The translations under genes and the position numbers were made by a program. From positions 1,600,001-1,664,000 of the forward strand of contig OZ244170.1 of NCBI GenBank assembly GCA_965216565.1: DNA of 64,000 nt, read 5' to 3'. This document shows, one piece after another, positions 31,425 to 40,792 of the stretch. Below the pieces are notes generated by a model. That model did not search any database and was not told the DNA's origin. It saw only the letters and a program-made list of their open reading frames with translations. Position 1 is the stretch's first letter. The number at the start of each line of letters is the position of its first letter. Source of the stretch: Bythopirellula sp. (GTDB lineage: Bacteria > Planctomycetota > Planctomycetia > Pirellulales > Lacipirellulaceae).

Positions 31425-32531
31425 TCAGTCAAGCTCTTCCAACCAGAGGCGAAGCTCGTTTTCATACTCACTGGCCAAGTCGCCGATGACCAGCGTTCGT
31501 TGGAACTCCGCGAGGCCCCCGGCGCCTGTGTCCGCATCTTCGGCGCTGGCGTAACGCTTCTTCGGGTCTGGTGCGGTAAGTCGTCGGCAAATACTCATTA
31601 GCAATTCACTGTTACCAACGTCGGGCGGCAGAATGTTCTCCAATCGCTGCGGCAGAGTCCACTTGGCTTCCAGTAATTCACCCAGGGAGTTGAGCCCCGA
31701 GAACAGCGGCCGACCGGCGAGAATTTCAATCAACACATAGCCCAGACTCGCAAGATCGGCATGAGGCGTGAACTCACTCCGCTCAAGCATTTCGGGTGCA
31801 GCATATTGGGGCGTGCAGGTGCGTTGTTCCGGCATGTTATTGAGATCGAGCGCCGAACCGATATCAACGATCTTCGCGTTACCGGCACGCTTAATCATGA
31901 TATTGGAGGGTTTCAGGTCGCCATGCACAATTTCCTCGCGATGCAACGCGGCAAGAGCGGAAAGGCATTGGCGAATGATGGCGACGGCGATGCCTGGCGT
32001 GAGACGAGGACGTACGGGCCCGGATGTAACAATCACATTGTTAATATACTTCCAGCGTCGGTGGCTAACGCGTTGTTCCACGCGGGCCAGCATTGCTGGA
32101 GTGAGCAGATGATCGAGGTCGTAGCCGTCGACCCATTCCATCTCCATGATGCGAATGCGATTACGCTCGGTGAAATTCTGCACGTCCAACAAACAGTCGT
32201 GCTGAATCTTTGCTACGCTACCGGCCACCTGGGCAATTCGATTCATTGCCAAGTCGTATGCCTGTTGGCTGGGATATCGCTCGGGCGAAAATATTTTCAA
32301 CGCCAGCGGTAGCGTAAAGCCATCTGAGCCGCGGCGTTCACTCAGGTACACAACACCCTGACCACCGGTACCAAGCAGCCGTCGAAAGCGTAAGTGCTCT
32401 GTCCAACCCATGTACTGAGTGTCTAGTAAATGTTCGTATCGTTTATATAGATCGGAAGGACAGCGACTTTCCGGCTGTCCATCGTAAGTGATAGTCCGCG
32501 TTCCTTGCAGAATGGTTGTCGAGGGATTCAT
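31425..32531 (-). CDS. Soluble Hanks-type Ser/Thr protein kinase
   Basis: GTGGQGVV, ALK, HGDLKPSN, DIG, YAAPE; no TM segment. Confidence 0.9.
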   Translation of the reverse strand: MNPSTTILQGTRTITYDGQPESRCPSDLYKRYEHLLDTQYMGWTEHLRFRRLLGTGGQGVVYLSERRGSDGFTLPLALKIFSPERYPSQQAYDLAMNRIAQVAGSVAKIQHDCLLDVQNFTERNRIRIMEMEWVDGYDLDHLLTPAMLARVEQRVSHRRWKYINNVIVTSGPVRPRLTPGIAVAIIRQCLSALAALHREEIVHGDLKPSNIMIKRAGNAKIVDIGSALDLNNMPEQRTCTPQYAAPEMLERSEFTPHADLASLGYVLIEILAGRPLFSGLNSLGELLEAKWTLPQRLENILPPDVGNSELLMSICRRLTAPDPKKRYASAEDADTGAGGLAEFQRTLVIGDLASEYENELRLWLEELD

Positions 32532-32799
32532 CCGATGCCTGACGGAGGGGGAGAAATTGCTAGTCGAGAGTGGCAGAGGCTCTATAGCGGAGGGAATGGT
32601 TTCTTTAACCGTGCAAAAGCAGCGTGCGATCGGGGGTTAGGATCGAAAAGCGTCTGCCCACTAGTTCAATTTTACTCAGTTGACTGGTGCAGAGTCTACA
32701 TTGCAAATAGCCACAGCTCACGAACTTCCAGCTATTGAGTCATTCCTCAATATACGAAGATTCTGCAAAAACTTAGATATTTTGATAAGAACCAACCAA

Positions 32800-33786
32800 T
32801 TAGACACCGCCAGGGGGGTCCAGGATCGCCTCTGGCGGGGGAAATCCAAGCTTTTTGTCGACAAGATTTGTCAGCGGAGCTCCTGAGAGGTACTGGCTCA
32901 GATTTGCGCAGAAGAAGTCGGTCATGTCGTCAATGCGACTCGCACGCTGACCTCCGACATGGGGGGTTATGAGGACATTTGGCAGATCCCAGAGCGGACT
33001 TGTCTCAGCAAGCGGTTCTTGCTCAGTAACATCCACCCCAGCCCCCCACAGATGCCCAGATTGCAGGACGGCTACTAAATCGGCTTCTACGATTAGTGGA
33101 CCCCGGGCAACATTGATCACTACCGCTTCGCTGGGGAGCAGTCGGAGGCGTCGCTCGTCGATCATGCCGTGCGTTTTATCGTTCAGCGGAGCAGCAAGAA
33201 TCAAGACGTCCATGCGAGGAAGAATCTCATCAAGTGCATCGGCTGGGTGCAATTCGTCCACAAAATCGCATTTCTGATTAGGAAACCAGTCAGTGGCTAA
33301 GATCGTGGTGTCCATTTGCTTAAGAATCCTGGCCAGGTGCCGCCCATTGCCGCCCAAACCAACGATACCGACGGTTGCCCCATGGAGATCCCGCGTGGGA
33401 CGGCGAATGAATTCGCGGGCATTCTGGGCACGAAAGAAAGTTGGCAGGCTGCGGAGAATTCCTGTAAGCAAGGCAAGAGTGTGGTCGGCCACCTGCTTCG
33501 CCAAAACCCCGGAAGCGCTGGTAACAACGATCTCGGAATCAATGACGCTGGGCACCAGACAATGGTCGAGCCCTGCAGCTGAGGATTGGATCCATTTCAG
33601 CCGCCCTCCTGCCACCACTTCGTCCCAGGGAACGGGAACCTTGGCATGTCCACAAAAGATATCCGCACGCGGCAATTCCTCTGCAACACGCTCCTGACCG
33701 GCATCGACAACATCAGCGTCCGGGCACGTTTTGCGTATTTGACTGAGGTGTTTTGGCTCTACAGGATAGCAAAGAACGATTCGCAT
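32800..33786 (-). CDS. D-2-hydroxyacid dehydrogenase
   Basis: GLGGNG, INVARG, DVTEQEPL, ITPHVGG. Confidence 0.92.
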   Translation of the reverse strand: MRIVLCYPVEPKHLSQIRKTCPDADVVDAGQERVAEELPRADIFCGHAKVPVPWDEVVAGGRLKWIQSSAAGLDHCLVPSVIDSEIVVTSASGVLAKQVADHTLALLTGILRSLPTFFRAQNAREFIRRPTRDLHGATVGIVGLGGNGRHLARILKQMDTTILATDWFPNQKCDFVDELHPADALDEILPRMDVLILAAPLNDKTHGMIDERRLRLLPSEAVVINVARGPLIVEADLVAVLQSGHLWGAGVDVTEQEPLAETSPLWDLPNVLITPHVGGQRASRIDDMTDFFCANLSQYLSGAPLTNLVDKKLGFPPPEAILDPPGGV

Positions 33787-34021
33787 GGTTCGATATGTAT
33801 CGGAAAATCTGAACGGGTTGGTGGAATTACCGAATCGACGCGGTGAAGTTCGACTGGAGAGTGCAGGCCACTTGGCGTAGAATAAATAGCTTGCACAAAC
33901 CTCCGCTGGGCGGTTCTGTTGCGACTGCAGTCTCAGAGCTAGTGTAGCGAATGAGCGACCATAACAGAACGTGGTGTTGGAACAGCTATCTTGTTAGTTC
34001 CAACGAATCGGAAGAAATACT

Positions 34022-35125
34022 GTGGGAACTAATCAAAATACGGAAGTAAAACGTTCTAGTTGCTGCATGTGGAAGCTCGCCGTTGCTTTGCTGCTCTTGA
34101 GGTTGTGCGTTGGCTGGCACTTTTTCGCCGAGGGCATAAAGAAGCTGTCGTACGATGAGAGTCGCCAAGCATGGAGCATGAACGTTCCTACTGAATACCT
34201 ATTTGGCCAGGCCGTCGGCCCACTGGCAAGCTTTTACCATAGTTTCGTTCCAGGCGACCACAATTGGCGAAGCACCCTTGCCGAGCCCAAGCAATTGACC
34301 CCGGAAAGTGCCAAAGAACTTTCCGACTGGATTGGTAAGTATGTCAAACGTCGGCAAGGTGAACTCAGGAATAATAAGCACACGGAAGTCGATCTCCCCG
34401 ACTTCCTGCCCTATACCTCTTGGTACAAAGAGATCGATACGGATCGACGCGAATTATTCGAGCAATTCACCAGCGTCCCAGGGCTAGAGGAAGAGCAGAA
34501 AGCGGCAGCAGCCGAGATCTTTGAAAAACGCGATCGTCAGCTCGCTGATTATCTGGCCGGAGAGTCGCTCGAAATCCAGACATATCAGCACGAGCTTTGG
34601 CGTTTGGAAAACATGAAGCAAGAGTCCGGGGCCGAAGAGATTCCGTATCGCGCACAACGGGCCATGAAGTCTCAAGCAGAGACCAGCAACAACCCGCGCC
34701 GGTGGGTCGCAACTGTGAAGTCCTACGATGCTGAGCTCGTTAATGACCTGAAGTCGCTTCTCTCGTCGGAGCAGCGCGGGACTCCCGTGGCAGCGACTGT
34801 CGACGAAGCACTGACGTCGCCTAAGGCAAAATCGCTGCACCTTATGAATGTAGCTGCTACTTGTCTCACAATCGGTGTAGGGCTCTGCTTGCTGACTGGA
34901 TTGTTTACTAGGTTAGCCTCGGTGCTCGGCATTGTGTTCTTGGTTTCCGTCATGGCGACCCAGCCTCCTTGGGTACCAGGCGCTCAAACCATGATGTTTT
35001 ACTATCAACTAGTTGAAGTAGCCGCGTTGGCTGTCCTAGCGACGTCCCGGGCTGGTCATGTGGCTGGTCTTGATTTTGTGATACACGGTCTTTGGTCAAA
35101 GTGTTGCGGCAGTAAGAACGCTTAA
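34022..35125 (+). CDS. DoxX family membrane protein with a large soluble insertion
   Basis: LLRLCVGWHFFAEG..K; GLCLLTGLFTRLAS; AGLD; start may be ATG 34067. Confidence 0.8.
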   Translation: MGTNQNTEVKRSSCCMWKLAVALLLLRLCVGWHFFAEGIKKLSYDESRQAWSMNVPTEYLFGQAVGPLASFYHSFVPGDHNWRSTLAEPKQLTPESAKELSDWIGKYVKRRQGELRNNKHTEVDLPDFLPYTSWYKEIDTDRRELFEQFTSVPGLEEEQKAAAAEIFEKRDRQLADYLAGESLEIQTYQHELWRLENMKQESGAEEIPYRAQRAMKSQAETSNNPRRWVATVKSYDAELVNDLKSLLSSEQRGTPVAATVDEALTSPKAKSLHLMNVAATCLTIGVGLCLLTGLFTRLASVLGIVFLVSVMATQPPWVPGAQTMMFYYQLVEVAALAVLATSRAGHVAGLDFVIHGLWSKCCGSKNA

Positions 35126-35142
35126 ATAAGAGAATTGCAATA

Positions 35143-36930
35143 ATGGATCTCTCTCCCGAAGAAAAAGAAGTTGGCAAGCAGAACTTTCTCGAAGCAGCAG
35201 GTGCGACGCGCCGCGACTTTTTGAAAGGCACCGTCCTGGCGACAGCAACCGCTGGCACAACACTCGGGGCTGCCTATTACAAGTACGGCGAAATTGGCAA
35301 CGACCGATTGCGGGTGGGCATTATCGGAACGGGCGACGAAGGCGGCGTACTGATTGGTGCACTCAATCCTGACTACATCGATGTGGTTGCAGTCGCTGAT
35401 ATCCGTCCTTATAGCACGCACCGCGCTTTCCACGGCGACAACTATAGCGCCGGCACTATCAAAGCTCGCCCAGGCTTGATGAGAGTTTACGGTTGGAAAA
35501 CCGAAGATGAAGCTCGCAAGCAAGTGAAGGTCTACGAGCACCCTGACGGTGGCTACAAGCAGATGCTTGATGACAAGGACCTCGACATCGATGCCGTTAT
35601 CATCGCGTTGCCCTTGCACTTGCACAACGAAGCCGCCATCTATGCGATGAAGAAGGGCAAGCATGTCCTAACCGAAAAGCTGATGGGGCATAGCGTCGGT
35701 GAATGCAAAGAGATGGCACGCGTGGCGGACGAGACGGGCTTGATTCTCGCAACAGGCCACCAACGTCACTACAACATCCTGTATGACAACGCCGTCGACC
35801 AAATCAGCAGCGGACTTATCGGAGACATTCATCACATCCGCGCTCAATGGCACCGAGCAAACTTGCCCGGACGCGATAGCTGGCAGCCACCGTTGCCTTG
35901 CCCATTTGTCAGCGAAGACGATTACAAAAACCTGATTCGTGCAGCCCGTAAGGTGAGCAAAGAAGCAGAACAAGATGTTCGTGACGAATACAAACTATTG
36001 GGCGAATACTACGCTTGGAAGCGCAAACTTAATACCACGACCGGTGCTGAATCTGACACCTGGGCGATGAAAGTCGCTCAAAAGCGGCAGCAAATTGAAG
36101 ACTATGTGGTCAAGAGTACCGTAGCCAACTACGGCTACGAAGAGAAATCGTTACCCGTCGGCAGAAAGCGAACTGCACTTGAAGAATTGATTCGTTGGCG
36201 ACTTTGGGATCGAACAGGCGGTGGCTTGATGGCCGAGCTAGGTAGTCATCAACTCGATGCCGCCAGCATCTTTATCAGTTCACAAAGCGAAGGACGAAAG
36301 AAGATGATGCCGCTGAGCGTCACGGGTGTGGGTGGAAGACACATTTTCCCAGCCGACCGGGACGTCGACGACCACGTCTACACCATGTACGAGTTCCCGG
36401 GGCGGGGCTATTACGCAGACGACAAGCAGCAGGAAGTGGCCGACCCCAATAAGAAAATCGTCGTTACCTATTCTTCGATCAATGGCAACGACTTTGGCGG
36501 TTATGGCGAAGTCGTATTGGGAACGCAGGGCACGTTGATCCTGGAACGGGAAAAAGACGTCATGCTCTACAAGAAGTCAGAGACATCGACGAAGATCTCC
36601 GTCAAAGACGGCGCTGGTGGCCCGGCACTCGACACCTACGAGACCGGTGGTGGTATGGCAGCCGTCGCGGCGGCAGCGATTCCCACTGAGGTCAGCCGAG
36701 GTTATCAGGAAGAGATCGAGCACTGGGCTTGGTGCATCAAGAACCCCGCGCCCGATCACAAGCCCAAGTGCCATCCCAAGGTTGCGCTCGCGGATGCTGT
36801 AATCGCTTTGACCTCGAACATTGCGATGGCTCGCAAGGAACGCATCGAGTTCAAGCCTGAGTGGTTTGACATCAATAGTGACGAGACTCCGGACGACAGG
36901 CCACCTCGGGGCGGTGGCGAACTTGCTTAA
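35143..36930 (+). CDS. Tat-exported Gfo/Idh/MocA oxidoreductase
   Basis: TRRDFLK Tat motif, GIIGTGDEG, HVLTEKLM, GHQR, GGGLMAELGSHQLD. Confidence 0.9.
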   Translation: MDLSPEEKEVGKQNFLEAAGATRRDFLKGTVLATATAGTTLGAAYYKYGEIGNDRLRVGIIGTGDEGGVLIGALNPDYIDVVAVADIRPYSTHRAFHGDNYSAGTIKARPGLMRVYGWKTEDEARKQVKVYEHPDGGYKQMLDDKDLDIDAVIIALPLHLHNEAAIYAMKKGKHVLTEKLMGHSVGECKEMARVADETGLILATGHQRHYNILYDNAVDQISSGLIGDIHHIRAQWHRANLPGRDSWQPPLPCPFVSEDDYKNLIRAARKVSKEAEQDVRDEYKLLGEYYAWKRKLNTTTGAESDTWAMKVAQKRQQIEDYVVKSTVANYGYEEKSLPVGRKRTALEELIRWRLWDRTGGGLMAELGSHQLDAASIFISSQSEGRKKMMPLSVTGVGGRHIFPADRDVDDHVYTMYEFPGRGYYADDKQQEVADPNKKIVVTYSSINGNDFGGYGEVVLGTQGTLILEREKDVMLYKKSETSTKISVKDGAGGPALDTYETGGGMAAVAAAAIPTEVSRGYQEEIEHWAWCIKNPAPDHKPKCHPKVALADAVIALTSNIAMARKERIEFKPEWFDINSDETPDDRPPRGGGELA

Positions 36931-36979
36931 GCTGCTAATACTTAAATCAATTCACAACCCACGCTAACGGAACTTTCAA

Positions 36980-37606
36980 GTGAAGACATTCCAAATTCAA
37001 ATTGCTCTGGCGGCAATGTTGGTGGTTGGGTGTAGCGAGAAAGAAGTGGCTACGCCAGAACCGTCCAGTTCTGAGAAAGCCACGACAGCTGTTTCGCCAG
37101 TCGTCCCGCAGTCGGATCTCAAACCAGCCGGAGATGAGGCAAGCCCTGGCCTGGCGATCGGGACAGAGGCTCCAAAGTTCGATCTGCCCGACCAGTATGG
37201 CGAGACGAAATCGCTGGTCGAACTACTTAAAACGAGTAGCGTGGCACTCGTTTTCTATCGCTCGGCTGATTGGTGACCATTCTGTCGCAAGCAGTTGGTT
37301 CAACTGCAAGGTGAGATGGAGACTCTGCGCGCCGCTGGCATTCAAGTCGTGGGCATTAGCTACGACGATGTTGGTATCCTACAAAAGTTCAGCGACGGGA
37401 ATGAGATCGGCTTCCCATTACTTTCAGATAGCGGCAGCAAGACGATTCGCGCGTACGGCTTGCACTTCAAAGACGGTCTGCCACATCCTGGTACCGTTCT
37501 GATTGGCCAAGATGGTGTGATCCGAGCCAAGATTTTCAGAGAGGGTTTTCGAACTCGCCATACGGTCGACGAGTTGGTTGCCGCGGCTGAAGAGCTAAAA
37601 GACTAG
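36980..37606 (+). CDS. Peroxiredoxin-like (AhpC/TSA) lipoprotein with in-frame UGA, probable selenoprotein (UxxC)
   Basis: ORFs 36980-37276 and 37295-37606 share a frame and read FYRSADW-TGA-PFCRKQL; lipobox VVGC; APKFDLPDQYG, GISYD, LLSD. Confidence 0.85.
37277..37319 (+). promoter_or_regulatory. Candidate bacterial SECIS hairpin
   Basis: GCAGTTG-GTT-CAACTGC upper stem with a GU-containing loop about 21 nt after the UGA; lower pairings CCATT/GATGG and TCGC/GTGA. Confidence 0.6.
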
Positions 37607-37658
37607 CTCAATCTCTCGTATTCTTTGCAATCACATGTATTTCTCGGAGCGCCGCTCT

Positions 37659-39695
37659 TTAGAACCGATCGAGCGTATCAATCCAACGGGCAATGGCCGA
37701 GATGGTTTCCGGCTGTAACTCTCCAGACATTTCAGCGGAGTCTGCTACTGAGAGGGGTCGTTGCCACCAGCTTGTAGGGTAACCCGCGTCGGACAGCTCT
37801 TCGGCATTTTTTCGTATCAGTGGCACAAATGACGAGTTCGGAGTTTCCACGGCCAGAATACTCAACCGCCGGCCCGGCAGATTTGGTGGGAGTTTAAGTG
37901 TACGGGGTAGGGGGGCGTCGAGAGCGACGACTCCCGTCAAGTTACTGCCGCGACTAAACGCCAAGGCAAATGCCAGCTGCCCCGCTTTGCCGCTGCCTAG
38001 TACTGCGATGCGGTGCGCATCGATCGCAAAGCGGTTTCCTGCCGTCTGCAAAAGTATTTTCAAATATGCCAAGTCTTCACCCTTCCAGCCGGTATCCTTT
38101 TCTGGATGAGCAATTACCAAAAGTAACCCATTGCGATTGCAGTACTCTTGCCAACGCTCAGCTAACTGCTGATCAACTTTGTCGTCTCCGTCGGCGAGCC
38201 ACAATAAGAGTCCGTGGGGGCGTTCGTCGGACAACGGCGGGGAATAGTAATTGGCCACTTGGACAAACTCAGCCAGCTTCAAAGGCTTGAGTTCCAACTT
38301 GTCGGTTGATGACTTGCGGGCGTCATTACTGTGTTCGTCTGTGACGGGAAGCAATTCGTCGGGCATGTCAACAAGCTTTGCTGAAAACGCCAATTCTTTG
38401 GCATCTCTCGAGACCAGCAGGTCCACGGTACTACCTGCGGCCATTCCAGCAACAGTTTCTATAGCCTCTTCCAGATTCGAAAGTTCGGAATCGTTGATTT
38501 TCAGTAGCCGGTCACCCGACAGAATGCCTGCCTCAGCGGCGGGGCTTTCAGGCCAAATTTCGCGAACAGTGACGCCCGATTCTTTTTTATCGGTAGCGGT
38601 TTTCTCTGGCAGAGCACGCTCCGGTAGAACTCCCAAGAATGCGGCGCGATACGCGTCTAACTTTCCAGCTAGAACTACGTCTTGCGAGATTTCTTCATCC
38701 CCTCGCTTCACTGTAATCGAAAGCTCGTCTCCGGAGTAACGTGGCAAGAGCTCGAACCGAAGCTGGGCCTGGGTGCTTACCTGCTTGCCGTTGACGGCAA
38801 CGATAAGATCATCCTTCTGCCAACCCGCCTGTGCGGCTGGCGATCCTTGCCAGACTGTGGTGATACGAGGCGGAGTAACGTGGACCGAACCTTTCGCCAG
38901 GCCGATCCCAAGTTTGCCGGGAAGCAGATCTTCGCCTTGCTTCAATCGTGGCAGTATCCTCATGACCTGTTCGAGAGGAACCGCAAAGCCAATGCCGGAG
39001 TCATAGAATTCGGAGCCAGCTATTTCACTCTCTTCTCCCGAGGACTGTGGAGACATGGGAGTAAGCACCCCCAGGACCCCCCCCTGGATATCAACCAGCG
39101 GCCCACCATAGTTGGCCACCGATACGTTGGCGTCTGTTTGAATGACTCGTCCATACATTCTGTCCGTTGCGCTGACAATGCCCACGCTGAGGCCAACCTG
39201 CTCGGCTCGAAATGTTCGTCCAATAGCCACGGACCACTGCCCCACCTGCACTTGATCCTGCGGCGTTACTTCTGGCACAGGCAATTCCTGGTCGGCTTCC
39301 ACCTTCAGAAGCACGAGCATCCGGTTTTTATCTGAAGCCACCAACTCAGCCGGCACCTGAGAACCTGAGGGCAGGCGGATCAAAATCGAGGAAGGCTGTT
39401 GAACGAAATTGAAGGCGCTGGAAACGATGTACCCGTCGGCCGAAATAATCAAGCCAGTCGTCGGACCCTTGTTAATCGAAGTGCGACCAACACGATCGAG
39501 CCCGCCAACCGTCCTAATCTGAACCACAGAATCAGCAACACGCTCAGCGGCCGCTCGGAATGCTTCTTCCTCCAGCTGAGAAAGACTGGGAGCGGACCGT
39601 CTTACTTGGCTCTTGCATTGCGATGCGGTAGCAATCAGGCAGCACGCCACTAATGCGAACGAACCGAAGTTTAGTTGGAAAAGGCTTCCTCTCAT
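37659..39695 (-). CDS. Trypsin-like (degenerate) + 2 PDZ + alpha/beta-hydrolase-like protein
   Basis: IQTDANVSVANYGGPL, SGIGFAVP, two SPAA.AG...D PDZ motifs, IDAHRIAVLG hydrolase strand. Confidence 0.8.
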   Translation of the reverse strand: MRGSLFQLNFGSFALVACCLIATASQCKSQVRRSAPSLSQLEEEAFRAAAERVADSVVQIRTVGGLDRVGRTSINKGPTTGLIISADGYIVSSAFNFVQQPSSILIRLPSGSQVPAELVASDKNRMLVLLKVEADQELPVPEVTPQDQVQVGQWSVAIGRTFRAEQVGLSVGIVSATDRMYGRVIQTDANVSVANYGGPLVDIQGGVLGVLTPMSPQSSGEESEIAGSEFYDSGIGFAVPLEQVMRILPRLKQGEDLLPGKLGIGLAKGSVHVTPPRITTVWQGSPAAQAGWQKDDLIVAVNGKQVSTQAQLRFELLPRYSGDELSITVKRGDEEISQDVVLAGKLDAYRAAFLGVLPERALPEKTATDKKESGVTVREIWPESPAAEAGILSGDRLLKINDSELSNLEEAIETVAGMAAGSTVDLLVSRDAKELAFSAKLVDMPDELLPVTDEHSNDARKSSTDKLELKPLKLAEFVQVANYYSPPLSDERPHGLLLWLADGDDKVDQQLAERWQEYCNRNGLLLVIAHPEKDTGWKGEDLAYLKILLQTAGNRFAIDAHRIAVLGSGKAGQLAFALAFSRGSNLTGVVALDAPLPRTLKLPPNLPGRRLSILAVETPNSSFVPLIRKNAEELSDAGYPTSWWQRPLSVADSAEMSGELQPETISAIARWIDTLDRF

Positions 39696-40792
39696 GGCTT
39701 TATTTCGTCTCGTTCATTTGCGTTTTCTTGAGCGCCCTGCTGGGGGTCGTCTGCTATGGATTCCTCTGTGTTATTCACAACCAGATCAAACACATAAAGC
39801 GTTCCGTCTCGTAGCACAGAGATTGTTACTCCCTCTTCCTTTTCGAGTCGACTCAATTGCCGATTGAGCGCTAGGCAAGAAACTACCGGATCGTCTCCGA
39901 CAAACACCACCAAGTCGTCGGCCTGCATGCCAGCCTTCGCGGCTGAGGAATAGGGGAGTACCGCATCGACATAGGGCGGTGTGCGTCGCAACACATCTGG
40001 CACTAGCATGAAGCCCAAGTCTGCGGTCGTCATTGCCGACTCGGGGGGTAACGCGCTATCGGCAATGCCCTCGACTTCCCGACCGGCAATGATGTCTGCC
40101 ACAACTGGCGCCAAATCGGTAGCAGGCAATGCGTAGTTCAGCCAGGTGCCCGTCATGCGGCTGCGGAGTTCTTTTCCCAGTAATCCAATCAAGTTTCCCC
40201 GCCAATCGACCAACGCCCCTCCGGCAGCACCGGGGTTGTTGGACTGAGCATCTAGAACATACACTTCGCCGCGATACTGGGTTTGCTGAGCACCTCGTCG
40301 AGCATCGAGCGGAGCGACGGCGGTAATCACACCCTGCAACACACTGGCTGCTTCATCTCCAGTTGCGATGCCATACAGATTACTCACCGCCAGGACACGC
40401 TGTCCCGTGTGCCCAGAGACTGAGGCAGACAAATCGAAATAAGGCAGCCCGCTTAGTTCGCTCTTGGGTCGGAGGACTGCCAACTCTCGGATTGGATCGG
40501 TACCAACAATCTCGGGGTGCAATTTCCGACCATCATCGAGCACGGCCACTAAATCGTCGGTGTCCAATACATAGCTCATTGCTGTGAGAATATGTCCTTC
40601 GGCAGAAATGAGAATCCCTGTCTGATAGGCTTCCATCTGTCGCAGGCCACCAGCTCCGTAAAGCTTCACCACATTCTGCTGCGCACTGCGGATGGTGCGA
40701 TGTAGTTCCTGGGCCTCCAGAAAAGGACCAACGACAAGCATCGTGCAGCAAGTGAATAAGCCACAAACAACATTAGCGGCAGAGCGGATCAT
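39692..40792 (-). CDS. Trypsin-like (degenerate) + PDZ protein
   Basis: TGILISAEGHILTA, NNPGAAGGALVD, SAAKAGMQADD. Confidence 0.8.
   Translation of the reverse strand: MIRSAANVVCGLFTCCTMLVVGPFLEAQELHRTIRSAQQNVVKLYGAGGLRQMEAYQTGILISAEGHILTAMSYVLDTDDLVAVLDDGRKLHPEIVGTDPIRELAVLRPKSELSGLPYFDLSASVSGHTGQRVLAVSNLYGIATGDEAASVLQGVITAVAPLDARRGAQQTQYRGEVYVLDAQSNNPGAAGGALVDWRGNLIGLLGKELRSRMTGTWLNYALPATDLAPVVADIIAGREVEGIADSALPPESAMTTADLGFMLVPDVLRRTPPYVDAVLPYSSAAKAGMQADDLVVFVGDDPVVSCLALNRQLSRLEKEEGVTISVLRDGTLYVFDLVVNNTEESIADDPQQGAQENANERDEIKP

Noticed and set aside
37002..37502. Alternative-frame ORF bridging the UGA by frameshift
   Set aside because: No recognisable motifs, and both halves of the real gene already share one frame
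36980..37606. Nonsense pseudogene or two separate genes
   Set aside because: The only lesion is a TGA at the redox Cys position with a downstream hairpin; Sec recoding explains it better, though it is unproven
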